Of a DNA stretch of 64,000 nucleotides, positions 11,876 to 24,000 are shown piece by piece (position 1 is the first letter of the stretch; the number at the start of each line of letters is the position of its first letter). The notes beneath the pieces are model-generated. The model was not told where the DNA came from, ran no database searches, and worked only from the letters and a program-made list of their open reading frames with translations. The stretch comes from Microthyrium microscopicum (Eukaryota). Position numbers and translations under genes: made by a program. Location: assembly GCA_010405405.1 (NCBI GenBank), contig MU004230.1:3010627-3074626 (forward strand), in the 5' to 3' direction.

Positions 11876-13310
11876 CTAAGCCGCATTCCTTGCAAATTCC
11901 GCATATCCATCTGTTCTTGCACCATCAAGAGTAACACTGATCTGCCCATTAGCGGTATGCTTCCCCTGGATCGCGTTGGCCTTGGTATGCTATCGATTAT
12001 CAGCCTTCCCAGCAACATCCTCACGGATGAAAGCCACTCACAAAAGCGTAGCCAAATGTCGCCAACTTCGATTTATCGCTGAACCCATTATCGTTGCGAT
12101 TTAGAGCAAGACATCCCTGGCACAAGAACGTATATGTCCATCCACCATTCTCAACGAATGAGTATCCTGGCATCGCTTTGATGCTGATGTTGGCCGAGGA
12201 TAGTATTGGCGGGATGCCGTAGCTGGACGTATAGCGGAGAGAGCCTTTGACTCCGGAAGCGTTTGGTTCGACAGCTGTTAGCTGTCAGTACGGCGTCCCT
12301 TGAAGATGTTTTGGGTGGTGAATATCACGAACCGATGAGTACTTTGCTTAGCATGCCATGTCCGACTCCTACCGCACCCCAACCAATGCCCTTTCCATTC
12401 TGCGTCACGGTCAGTCTCGATGTTCTCTAAGCCGGTATGAAACTCTCTACCAAGATGCCTATAAAATCATCCCTCGACTCAGACGCGCTCTTCGGCAACG
12501 CAATACTAAACTTGAGTGAGTTCTGGCTCGTCTGTCCTTCAATCAACTTGAACGCCGACGGCAAACTGCCACCTGAACCCGCTGCCTGAGCAGGACCGGG
12601 CGCCTCTGGCGGTGGAGGACCATTGCTCGCAGGTGCATTTGGTCTCGGAGGCTGCGGACCAAAGCTGGGAGGCCCTGACAAGCTGCCAGGTCCGGTCACT
12701 GGAGCTGGTGCGCCCTGCGAAGGGGGCGATTGCTGACCACTTGGCTGTTGAGCTCCTCCAAGCCAGGGTGGAGGCCCTTTTCCCCATGGTGGTCCGGTTG
12801 CGCCGTTGGCCCATGGAGGTGGACCATTTCCCCAAGGCGGGCCGGTTGGTGCGCTCTGTGGTGAACCTGTCTGCGCGGCTGGCTGACCAGTGATCAAACT
12901 CGCCCATGATGGAGGGCCCTGGAATTGGTTAGTATATGATTATGAGCGGCGTTGGCACGCTATTCCAAGATTATTTGGCCTTCTCGGGTTGAAAGCATAG
13001 GACACGTTATGAAAGCTTTTGAATCTGGTGGAAATCATTCTATGTGAGCCACCACCAGCTCTGGAGTATTCCAGATGTCGTCAAGAAATGCAATTTTGCA
13101 CGAGCTCAATCTTACCTTTCCCCAAGGTGGTCCATCTTCTCCACCAGTTATCCAAGGAGGCGGACCTTTTCCCCACGGTGGCCCATCTGCTCCACCAGTT
13201 ATCCAAGGAGGCGGACCTTTGCCTACCGGCGGGCCTTTACCTGGCGGTGGTGCTAATAAGCTATCAGCAAAGACAAGAGGCAGTCCGAAGACTAAAAGAA
13301 AGCTGCGCAT
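11876..13310 (-). CDS. Secreted protein: signal peptide + Gly/Pro/Trp repeat region + cellobiose-dehydrogenase-type cytochrome (DOMON/AA8-like) domain; 5 exons (13310-13116, 12918-12451, 12399-12333, 12274-12042, 11989-11876), ~358 aa
   Basis: Hand-spliced frame stays open and reads FSIALP..DFIGIL..GWGAVGVGHGMLSKVLIA..SLRYTSSYGIP..YTFLCQGCL..FGYA..GKHTANG..LDGART. This matches the CDH cytochrome pattern, with candidate Met/His haem ligands. Confidence 0.78.
13120..13221. repeat. 51-bp tandem repeat (2 near-identical units) encoding GKGPPPWITGG(A/E)DGPPW
   Basis: ctccaccagttatccaaggaggcggaccttt occurs twice, 51 nt apart. Confidence 0.85.
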
Positions 13311-14464
13311 AGTTCTTTATCGTTTTCGGTGAGTTGGAATCAGTATAAACAAGCTGCGTAGTAACCCGGATTAAACACCCCAGGGAATGCTTCATCATAT
13401 ACTAAATAAGCAATTGGCAGTTCGCTCGCTTTGATTAAAACATTCCAGCCACTTAGCAGGCCCGGCTCAGCAAATGCTTGAATACGATTGAACAATATCG
13501 TGGACAACTTATTGCCTTAGAACTGGTGCTTGGTTCTGCCATAGTTAAAGTGTAAGGATCTGCCTATTCTGGGGAACGAGTACGAGAAATCTACGGTAGA
13601 GTGGAAAATGCCGTATGTTTGTGGTAACGATCAGAGTGAGGTAAAGGCACGCCTATAGGAAGAGTGTAGTAACCCATGTGTGATGATAAAGTGAACATAT
13701 TGTTATTGACGCGGGGGAGTCAGAGAACACGATGATGAAATGTTTATATCCTTGTTGCGAATTCGTATTGCACGACCTGACTATTAGAAAAAGGAGTAAG
13801 TGATGGGTGTTGCTATATTGGCCCAGTGCCTACTCTAGTTTTATATGGCATAGCTGGAAGAACCTGAACGTTATTAGGGTAGGTACTAGTCTGTTAATGA
13901 ACCTAAAGATGTCTGAATTGAGCTGTTTTTGGCTTGACAGACGCCAGCAGACTTAGATTGGTTTCAACGTCAATGAACGTAGTTCGTAATATTCATTATT
14001 ATGATTGCTTGCCTCTAATGAGCTGGTAGTGTCATGGTATAAAAAACGTAAAACCCGGGTCGCTGATAGAGCTACTCGTGGGCCGTGGCCTACCAATTGG
14101 GTCCCCAAGTACTTCAAGTCTAACAGGTCATACTTTCAACAACAAAAATTACGACTTTGAGTAATACTTTCAACCAGTGGCATTACATCTAAGACGGCAA
14201 ACACATAAGCCTAAAGACATACTCAGAGCATTGCTTGCCATTTGACGCTACAATAATGGAAAGACACTAATAAAGACCATGAAACTGGCCCACTCTCAAT
14301 GCAAAGTAAGAAGCTGCTTTAAAGAATACTTTATTGATCTTTGTGAAGGTATGTCTTTTCGGTCATTTCTAGCATAATTTCGTTTTCTCACTCGCTAATT
14401 GCAGTGTTTCTTCATCATCTCTCACATTCATCCTTCTGCATGGTCGGTTGCATTGACTCACCAA

Positions 14465-15571
14465 CTACAAGACCGTGCCGAAACCAAAGGTGGTTTTGAT
14501 GCTTCGTACATAATACTCGCCCCAATTTCTCTTCGTGACGTCTTCTTGGCCCTTTGGTACGCCTTCCCAATCCACTCTCATCACTGTGACGTGATCTACA
14601 TCGTTCTGCTCGAATCGGATCTTCAATGTTGAGTAGTGTCCTTGTGGCCATTGAGCTAGCCGCCACTTTTGAACCAGGCGCTTTGGTTCCTCGAGTTCCA
14701 GGTAGCTGCCACTGATATTGCCACCAAAGAGCTCGAACTTGCCACCAACTTTGGCGCCCTCAAAGACTGTGGGCGCGCTTCTGGTGAATGCACTGATTCG
14801 GCCGGGATCGGTGAAGGTTTGGTAGAGCTGGTCTGCGCTGGTGCGGAACTCGGTGGAGTCTGTGAGGGTGGTGACATTGACGGATGGGCCTGAGCCCGAG
14901 GTCATGGTTTTAGAATCGGAGGCTCCTGACTTGGGTATCGATGTGTTTGAGATGTATTTGGGGGTAGAGAATCCGCTGGAGGGATTGGAGCCTGGAGCGT
15001 GTTGAAGGTCTTTGCCATGCTCCGTAATCAGAGCGGGAGCGAGCTGAGGTAGTTTGGTCCGAATCTGAGGCACCAGAGTCTTGCGAACTAGATCCTTAAT
15101 GGGGGATCCTTTGGAATCTTCAGAGTATAATTCTACGTCGAACTGTGACGATTAGAATACGTCCACTAGTGATGAAATGCGAACGATACTTACAACGTAC
15201 TCGTGTTCCTCGGTATCATGAGCAACTTCTGGGATGGTGATACTCCCAGAAGCCGTTGCGTCGTCACCAATTTTGCCTGTGAAGAGTATGAGTATGATAT
15301 TGCAGAATGATTGTATTGATATGGAAGTAGGTATAATAATAAACTTACCAGAGAAGTCCAACTTGAGCTTTACATCGAACAGAGTAATAACCTTTCCTTT
15401 GCGTTGACTAACATCCACATCACCATCCATGCTCAATACACTGTCTATTTTGGCTGTTGCTTCACCATCTTCAGCTTTCAAACCGACAAGCTCTTTCTCT
15501 AGCCATGCCTTTGCCCAAGGAGAAGCATCCTTGTTCACCCAATGCCAGTTATTGGGATTATGAAGAACCAT
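14465..15571 (-). CDS. AHA1: Hsp90 ATPase activator co-chaperone; 3 exons (15571-15349, 15276-15194, 15142-14465), ~327 aa
   Basis: MVLHNPNNWHWVNKD (NxNNWHW), QRKGK motif and a C-terminal START-like domain ending YVRSIKTTFGFGTVL. Confidence 0.96.
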
Positions 15572-16155
15572 TTCGACTCAACGAAGAACGAACTAGATAA
15601 TTGCGAAGTGCCTGGCTGATACCCCCATATTAGCATTCGGTCTATAGAGGGGTCGAATGGAATGGAGTTGTTGGATAGAGGTCAGAGATGGGCTTTTGAA
15701 GCCCCAAGCTAATCCGCATCATTTTGAGTACAAGTCTCTCGGACTGGTGCCAGCTATGGGAATCATCATGTTGTAAGGTTTTGGGAACAGTGCGGAGCTC
15801 ACTTACTGAACAGTCCTGACTCCCGCGACGCAATCTGGCGGTGAGTAAAAAACGGCTGCGCGAGGTACCTATTTGGAAAGCAGAAAGGCTGTTATCAGAA
15901 GTTGAAGCTTCAGTTAGCTCGTACGAGCATGGTTGGATTGATGGAAGCAAGTGGACAACCAACAAGCCAGATGCTGGAAGATTCCATCAAATGTGCTTGA
16001 AGATGTTGAGAGCTCTGCTTTGCAATTCCGGTGCGGAAAAAAGCTCAGTGAACGTGAAGCCTTGATGCCTGCCGTTGGTGGGGATGTCAGCCTGACTTTG
16101 CACGTGACTAGGCGTTTGCATCGCGATCGTTCTTTCTGACTTTCTCAATCTTTGG

Positions 16156-16284
16156 ACGCGTTCTGAACTTCTGCTGATAGCCACATGGTTGTTCTGCTAG
16201 ACCCTTTCAAGATCTACTTTGTGTAGCCATACTTCTAACTTCATCTCTTCTCGAAAGCGTCGCGTTATGCTTTTTACACCGCGT
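16156..16284. promoter_or_regulatory. Cluster of MCB-like elements (ACGCGT plus two more CGCGT cores) upstream of STN1
   Basis: ACGCGT at 16156-16161, TCGCGT at 16260-16265 and CGCGT at 16280-16284, all within 150 bp of the ATG. Confidence 0.4.
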
Positions 16285-16304
16285 CAGTCTCATCATGACA
16301 TGCC

Positions 16305-17095
16305 ATGACCTCTAAAGACTTTGAGTTTTACCCCATATACACCTACTCGGCATCCTCCACTTTCAACGAGTGGGTCAAGATCTCGTGCGCCGATATCGAA
16401 AAGCTAAGCGACGAAAGGGGACGCGATGGTTGGTTACACAATGCCGTCATTTTTTATACCTCTGACAAGATATAGGCATCAAGCACCTATTCTTTTATTT
16501 GAACCACCCAATTCGATTCGTAACTGTTGTAGCTCCAATTGTAGCTATCGATGACATTAATGGCAAATATGTTATACTGATACTGGACGATGGCAGCGGT
16601 GCCACCGTTTCCGTCAAGATCAAACGCCGCAGTATTACGCATGCAAAGAATGTAGAGGAACACGCTTCGAACACATTACTAGACAGCGTCAATGTCTACT
16701 CTGGACCAGGCAAACTTGATATCAAGGTCGGCAATACAGAGCTCGATATTGGCACGGTTGTGAAAACGAAATGTACCATCACCAAATTTCGACAAGCAAA
16801 TCAATTGGAAGCACAGAGAATTTGGATTGTGCAAAGTACAAAGGAGGAAGCGAGGGCCTGGAGCGAGCTCACTATTTGGAAGAACAAGATATCAACGCCC
16901 TGGTTGCTTTCCAAAAGAAAGCTTCTCAAGCTTGAGCAAGAACACAAAGCAGAATACCAGCAGCTGCAAGAGGAAAACGATATATACGAAAAGAAAATGA
17001 GCATACGAAAGCGACGCAAAGCCAAACAAGAAGCTAATGATGAAGCCAAAAGGCTCAAATTGGAGAAGAAGATGAATCAAGGTGCTCTCATTTGA
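16305..17095 (+). CDS. STN1: CST complex OB-fold telomere protein; 2 exons (16305-16428, 16476-17095)
   Basis: FYP..S.TFNEWVKI..DI, FFYLNHPIRFV, LILDDGSGAT, DIGTVVKTKCTI..FR..QLE and EE..AW follow the filamentous-fungal Stn1 OB-fold pattern. Confidence 0.8.
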
Positions 17096-18087
17096 GAAGC
17101 GTTGGACGGCCTCATTCATTCGCCAATATTCCGGCCAATGAGCAAAGTTCAATTTTTACCTCGCAGTACATGCTGCTCTTCGAGAAAAGTCTGCCTTTTA
17201 AGGCGGGACGCACCCATCCAAATACAATTGCGATGGCATGGGCGGATGAGCCACATGTACAAAATGTTCGCTGTCACGTACGCGGTGTGCTGCGAACTCG
17301 ACCTGCATCACTGACGTGTTTGCTGCAAACTTGCTGACATTGGCTGATGCTCTCCAAGCTTTCATGCCGCCTGGCTTTTTGGAAACAAAGATACAAATTC
17401 TCATTGGTGGTTCGGAGTTTATTCTTCTCTTCTTATTCCGCTCTATAACTTCTTACCCAACACACGAAATGCTGTCGTCACAAGCTTTATCCGCTTCATC
17501 AGGTTTCCATATACCCGAATCTGAGAATCAAATTCAAACTTCCCATCTCACGGTCGCCAATGCTGCAATTTCTTGTCCAATAATCGGAAGCTTCGGCATG
17601 GAGACTAAGCCGCGGTTCGACGATTGACCCATGGTCGTTGCGTTTCCTTCCAGGGTAACCTGCCAACACTCATCTTAGCGCCCAAGTTAGGCCATGGGTA
17701 TGCTATTGAAAGAATATCTTTCCGGCCAACTACATCATTTGGGTAAGGATCAAAAACGCAAAGTTTCTTGGATCTAGTGGCGCTTTTGTAAGGTCATGCT
17801 TTCAATGTTGTCGCTCCTCACTGTGACATGTCCCAGAGTGATTGGATCTAAGATTTGGCTGCAGGTACATGCATGAGGCGGACAGATTTCGCTGCACAAA
17901 CCCGCTGCCCATGGTGTTGTCCACTTAGAGCTTGATGAGGGATATAAGATTACATAGGACCCTGTCTCGTGTTATATTCTATTTGAATGACAACTGGATC
18001 AACCATCGTAGCATCACAAATACCTGGAAAGCTTTTTTTCTTTTCATTCTTTTTATAGTTTTTGACTTTTAGCACTGTTCAGTTGCA

Positions 18088-21000
18088 ATGGCTAGTCTAT
18101 TCAAAAGATTGAGTCTCGAGTAAGCTCTTGCGTCTCATGTTGAAACGAAACTTAATACTGACAATTTTACTCCCGTAGCTCGTCGAGGTCGTTACATCGA
18201 AAGACCGTAAGCTTGGATCTGTTTTTCACATGAACTAGTGACGTGCTGCTAATGTTTCTAATTACAATAGAAGGACAAACAACGGAAAACCGAGGCTGCA
18301 CAGCAGGAAAAGACAGATCCAAAGATCGCGGATTCGAAGCAACAGCGTGATAGTGTGTTATCTCCCCTTGCCGACAGTCCTTCAGAAAGGAAGAACACCA
18401 TCGACGAGCCGCAAACACAAAAAGCTGAGGAAGAAGAATCACACGAGCAAACGCCAGTACCTGGTGAAGCCTTGGAAGCCCCGAACAGTGTACCTGCAGA
18501 AGCCCCACAGACCCTCCAAGAGGCAGAAGCTAAAGACGAACAAGCACCGCCAAATCCTGTAGACGAAACCATGGTCAATACAGAAAGCGGTGCGGTCGAA
18601 GAATTGACCACCAATCACTCAGAGGCAGTTCCTGAATCTGCGGATCAGCCCGTCACTGCAGAAAACGCAAAAGATGAGCCTCCCGTCGATGCTCCGTCCG
18701 CCGAGCCGCCTGTACCTGAGGACATAATCGAGCCTGCACCTACTTCTCCGCTGGTTGATACCATTCCAGAAGATCATGATAGCGAGGCAATGGAAGTACC
18801 AGCTGCTCTCGAACCCTCGAAGACTCGGGCTTCCCGGCCTCCTACATCACATCAACCGAGTCGTCCCGCAAGTCGAATGAGCCGGCCGAGCTTATATCCA
18901 CGGGATTCCGAACAACATACACAAGATTATGGAAATGATGACCGACGGACCCTGCATGATGGCTCCCGACCCAACCATCGTCGATCACGAAGCGTTCGCG
19001 ATACCTTCTCCTCATACTACAAAAACTTTAAAGGGAGGCGGAATCGATCACAGTCGAAAACGGGTGGTACAGCAGATGAAATCGAGACGATGCACAGGAC
19101 TCTCAAGATGTACGAGGTTCAGCTTGAGGAAGCGAGTAATACCATTCTTCTCCAGGACTCGGTGCTTGTCAAATGGGAGAAGCTTGTTCGACAAGGCATA
19201 GTTGCGGAGCCAGGAGAAGAACACGGAGAGGACGTTAAGAGGGACATTAAAAATGCTGCGGACTCGACGATAAATTTGGTTGGAGATGAGGTTCATCCAG
19301 AATCCGCCGAGGTGTCTGAGCCACAAGGAAAACCACATGAGCTCGCTCGACAAGTTGTTACGCTGACAGCTGAGCTCGAGTCAACTAAGGAAGCGCTCAA
19401 GGCCGCCCAGGTAGCTCAGGAAGCCCAGGAGGCTAGGCTTCATCAACTTGAGGCCGATCTCGCCGGTGCTCAAGGAGACCGAGACGTGGCCGATACGCCA
19501 ACAGGGTCGGGAGCCGTGGTTCCGTTGACTCGGCAGCTTGCAGCCTTACAGGAAGAGCTCCAAGCAGCAAAGGTGTCCCACGAAGCCAGCGTCGCGAAGG
19601 CTACAAAGCTCGAAGCCGATCTCACCGCTGCCCAGGAGACTGAGGATCAGTTGGTCAAGGACATCGTAGCGAAGCAAGCTGAAGTCGACGGCCTCACAGC
19701 AGCACACAATACCAGCCAAGCACATGCCACCGAATTGGAAACATTATCACAAGAGCACACCACCTTAAAATCAGAGCTGGAGACCGCCAAAGCAGAACTT
19801 GCCCAGGCTGAAGAAGCTGCGAAAGCGGCATCAGCCGAGCTAGAAACTGCCAAACAAGGTGCAGGAGCTGCCTCAGAACACTCCTCTCAGCTGGAAGCAT
19901 TACAGCAAGAATTGGAAACCACCAAAGCGGAGTTGGACAAAGCACATGAGGCAACACACACTACCACGTCGGAACTCGAGACAACCAAACATAGCTTAGA
20001 AGATACGACAGCAGCGCACTCAAATGTCCAAGAAGAGCATTCCTCCATCAAAGGCAAACTTGAGGCAGCCTTGGCCGCCGCAGCCGCCGCCGCAGTCAGT
20101 CATGAAGCCACCAAGGCCGCCTTGGAGCACAAGACTGCTGAGCTTGATAAACGCTCTGAAGATCATCAGGCGCAACTTGAAGAAGCTCAGAAAGAAGCAA
20201 CGACCGCCAATGAGCGTGTTCTCGAGCTATCTTCGTCCCTCGAATCCACTCAAAAGACTCACGAAGAGTCTCAAGCCTCTCTTGCCGCCGCCCAAGCGGA
20301 GCTTGCGAGTTTGAAGGAGTCGGCCGGCTCAGAATCTTCGGAAGCTGTTGCAAAACTTGCTAACGAGCTGGAAGATGCTCAGATGGCCAGCTCTAAGCTT
20401 ACTGCCGATCTTGAGACACTGACAGCCGAGAAAGTCGCCGCTGCCACTGCGCTTGAAGCTGCGAATGAAGAAATTGCGCAGCTCAAGTCATCAACCACGG
20501 AGTCCGGCTCGCTATCAAAAGACTCCATTGCGAAGCTCACCAAAGACTTGGAAGCAGCTCAAGAGTCCAACAACAAGATCACCTCTAATCTGATCTCTCT
20601 CAAGTCAGAAAAGGCTAGTACGGCGGCCGCCCTCGCTGCTGCTACAGCAGAGCTTGAAGAAATCAAGGGATCTGCCGCAAACTCCGACTCACACCAGGAA
20701 GCACTCAAAGCCAAAGTTGCGGAATTAGAGGCTACTTTGGCCTCTGCGAAAGAGACCGGCGACAAAGAAGTGGAGACAGCACAGGCAAAGATTGCAGAAC
20801 TTACTGCTCAACTTGATGGCCACACCACTCTTGAAGGCACACACGCAGAAACACAAGCTCGAGTCGTCGATTTAGAGAGACAAATTGAAACCCACTCGGC
20901 GCTTCAAAATGACCATACTGAAGCTCAAGCGAAAATATCTGAACTTACTGCTCAGCTCGAAAATCACACAACGCTTCAGACCGAGCATGCTGACGCGCAA

Positions 21001-24000
21001 ACACGACTTGCTGAGTTGGAGAAGCAGTTAGAAGAGCACTCGACTCTACAGACACAGCATGCTGAGGTCAAAGCACGAGTTGCAGACCTAGAGGGCCAAG
21101 TAGATGGGCACTCCACTCTACAAAACGAGCATGCAGAGGCACAGGCGAAGATTGCAGAGCTCACGTCCCAGCTTGAAAGCCATTCAACTTTACAGAGTGA
21201 TCATGTTGCAGCGCAGGCACGAGTAGCTGACCTGGAGCAACAGATTGAGGCCCATTCTGCTTCACAGTCAGACAATAGCACACAAATTGAAGCTTTGAAG
21301 AAAGAAATTGATGAGTACACAACATCCCGGACGGCTTTGGAGGACCAAGTCACCAGCCTCAAATCCACAACTGTACAACTTGAAAAAGCAAATTCCGAGA
21401 TCGAAACACTACGTTCCATGGTCGAAGAGCACGCGCAAGCTAAATCTGGCCTCGAAGAACAAATCACGACTCTCTCTGCTGGTCAAGGAGATCTTACTGC
21501 CGCCAAAGAGCAGATTGACACTTTGAGCAAGGACTTGGAAGGACATACCGCTACCAAGGCGGAACTTGCGACTCATGTTGCCACTCTAGCAGAGACAAAG
21601 TCAACATTAGAAAGTGCAGAGGCGGAGATAGCAAGTCTCAAAGCATCACTAGAAGAGCACGCCGCTTCCATAGCCATTGCGAATGATCACATTGCGATTT
21701 TGGACCAGACCAAAGACGACCTAGAGAAAGCACAAGCTGAAGTCGAGGCACTCAGAGCCGAAACCGAAGCTCATGCGGAAACCAAGTCTAGTCTCGAAGC
21801 AGCTCATGTCAAGATTGCTGATCTAAGCAAGGACTCTGAAGCTCACGAATCTACTATCGCCGAACTTGTCGCTGCCAAATCACAGCTTGCTGAGCTTAGT
21901 AGCCAATCTGATACTCACTCAGCAGTTGCTGCCGAGTTAGAAGACCACAAGACAAAGCTTCGTGATCTTTCTGACACTCACGAATCAACAAAGGCGGAAT
22001 TTGCGTCTATCAAAGAGAACCATGCAGCTACTGTGGCCGAACTCGAAAACGCAAATGCCAAAATCGCAGAACTTCAAGGAGGCACCGAGGCGCACGCAGC
22101 GACCCTTGCTGAGCTCGAGAGCTCACGAGGGAAACTTGCAGAGCTTGATAGTCTAACCAACAAGCATGCAGCTACAATCGCAGAGTTGGAAGAGGCGAGA
22201 TCCCAGGTCCAGGTCCTGACCGCCGCGACTGAAGCTCATGAATCCACGAAATCAAGCCTAGCTGAAGCAGAGGCCAAACTTGCTGAGCTCACTGCCGCCG
22301 CCGAAGGCAACCAGACTACTCATTCGGAGCTGCAAAGCAAGGCAGAAGAGGCACATATTGCACTCGCCACTGCCCAGGATTCGCATGCTTCCGAGATCTC
22401 GAAACTTCAAGCACAAATCGAAGAGCTGTCTGGCCATAAAGATCGCAGTGAAGTTCTAACCCAACTTGTCGAAGAACACCAAGCCAAGAATACGACCCTA
22501 GCGGCGCAGATTTCGGAACTGGAAGGACACAAAGAAACTAGCGAACAGCTCTCTCGCGAAGTCGATGAGCTCAAGGGCCACAAAGATAGAAATGATCTCC
22601 TGATCCAGATGCTCGAGGAGAAGGAGAAAGAGTTGCAGGATACCAATGAAACTCATGCGGATGTACTCTCTGAATTGCGAACAACCAAGGCGGAGCTGGC
22701 AAACCTCCGTGCAGAGTCCTCTCCTGATTCCCCATCATCGCGGTCCATGAGGAAAGTTCATTTCGACGAATTACCTATAGTTGGTCTCGGAGCGGCTGCT
22801 GCTTCTGTTGCGGTGGCTGGAGTGGTCGCTAAAGAAATATCTGATCATCAGCACAACCAAGCTGCAGATGAGAAGGCAAAGGATCTGCAAGAAGACGAGG
22901 CTAATCCTACGATGGAAGAGCATGATGCTGCCGCACCTATGGAACGGGAAAATATTGCCGCTGACAATGACGAACAACCCAAATCTGCTCAAGAAGATGT
23001 TGAAGTAGCTGATGAGGATGTCGCTGTCTCCAATACAGAAGACATGGCAAGTCCTGCAGAAGAGAGTTCTGAGGTGTTGAAAGGAGAGCAGATTGAAGAA
23101 GCGACGCCCATGTCGCACGAAGCCGAAGCTACCCATGGGTCTAGTGAACCTGAAGCTGCTGAAACTACAATAGCAGAAGGGAACAAAGACATCAAACATC
23201 CCAAAGAAGAGGAGATCGCACCAATTGCGGAAGGAGAGACCCTTCCCGCTAAGGAAGAAAATACTACCGACCTCGGGCAAGAAGAGACCAGCCCTGCGGC
23301 AGAAGAAACGTATGCTTCTGTAGTGAACGAAGGAGTTGTTCACGATCCGGAAGACCAGGCTGTGCCGGCCTCTGTGGAGCATGACACCAATCCCATGGTA
23401 CCAACAGAGGTTGCTCCGATTGGCGAAGAAGCTACTTTACCTGTGAATCAAGAAGCTGCTCCTGCAACGCACAAGGACGAAGAGTCTGTCCAGGATGAGG
23501 TTACCCATGTCACCGATGAGGGAAACAAAGCCTCCGCAGAAGACGAGATTTTCGCCACTGAATCCCCAGAGGCTGTCGAGTCCAAAGATGAAGCTTCGGC
23601 TGAACCCTTGGGCTCTGTATCCGAAGTGCAAAAAGAGGAAGAAGCAATCAGCCTGCCAGCACAAGAAGATCCTGTCAAACCAGAAACTGGATATGAGCAT
23701 GCGGAGGACGAGACAGTCGCGAAGTCCCAAGACTCGATTGGCAAAGAAAATAACATTATGAGCACAACCGAACCTGAGGGTTTTTCTGGGACAGAGGAGC
23801 CATCCTTCGCGAATCATGAGGAGCCCGTTGAAGCAGAAACAACGCATCACTTGGAGCTTGAATCTCACGTACCTGAGCCTATGTCTCATAACACAGAAGC
23901 AACTGATGTGGAACCTACAGACAGTGCCGATGAATCAGCTCCTCTTCACCTTGAAAGCCAGGCGTCTGAATTGGAATTGAGCGTGCCAGCTGAGGCAAGC

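Noticed and set aside
15580..16260. Heat-shock elements upstream of AHA1
   Set aside because: Only isolated two-unit GAAnnTTC matches were seen; no clear three-unit HSE.
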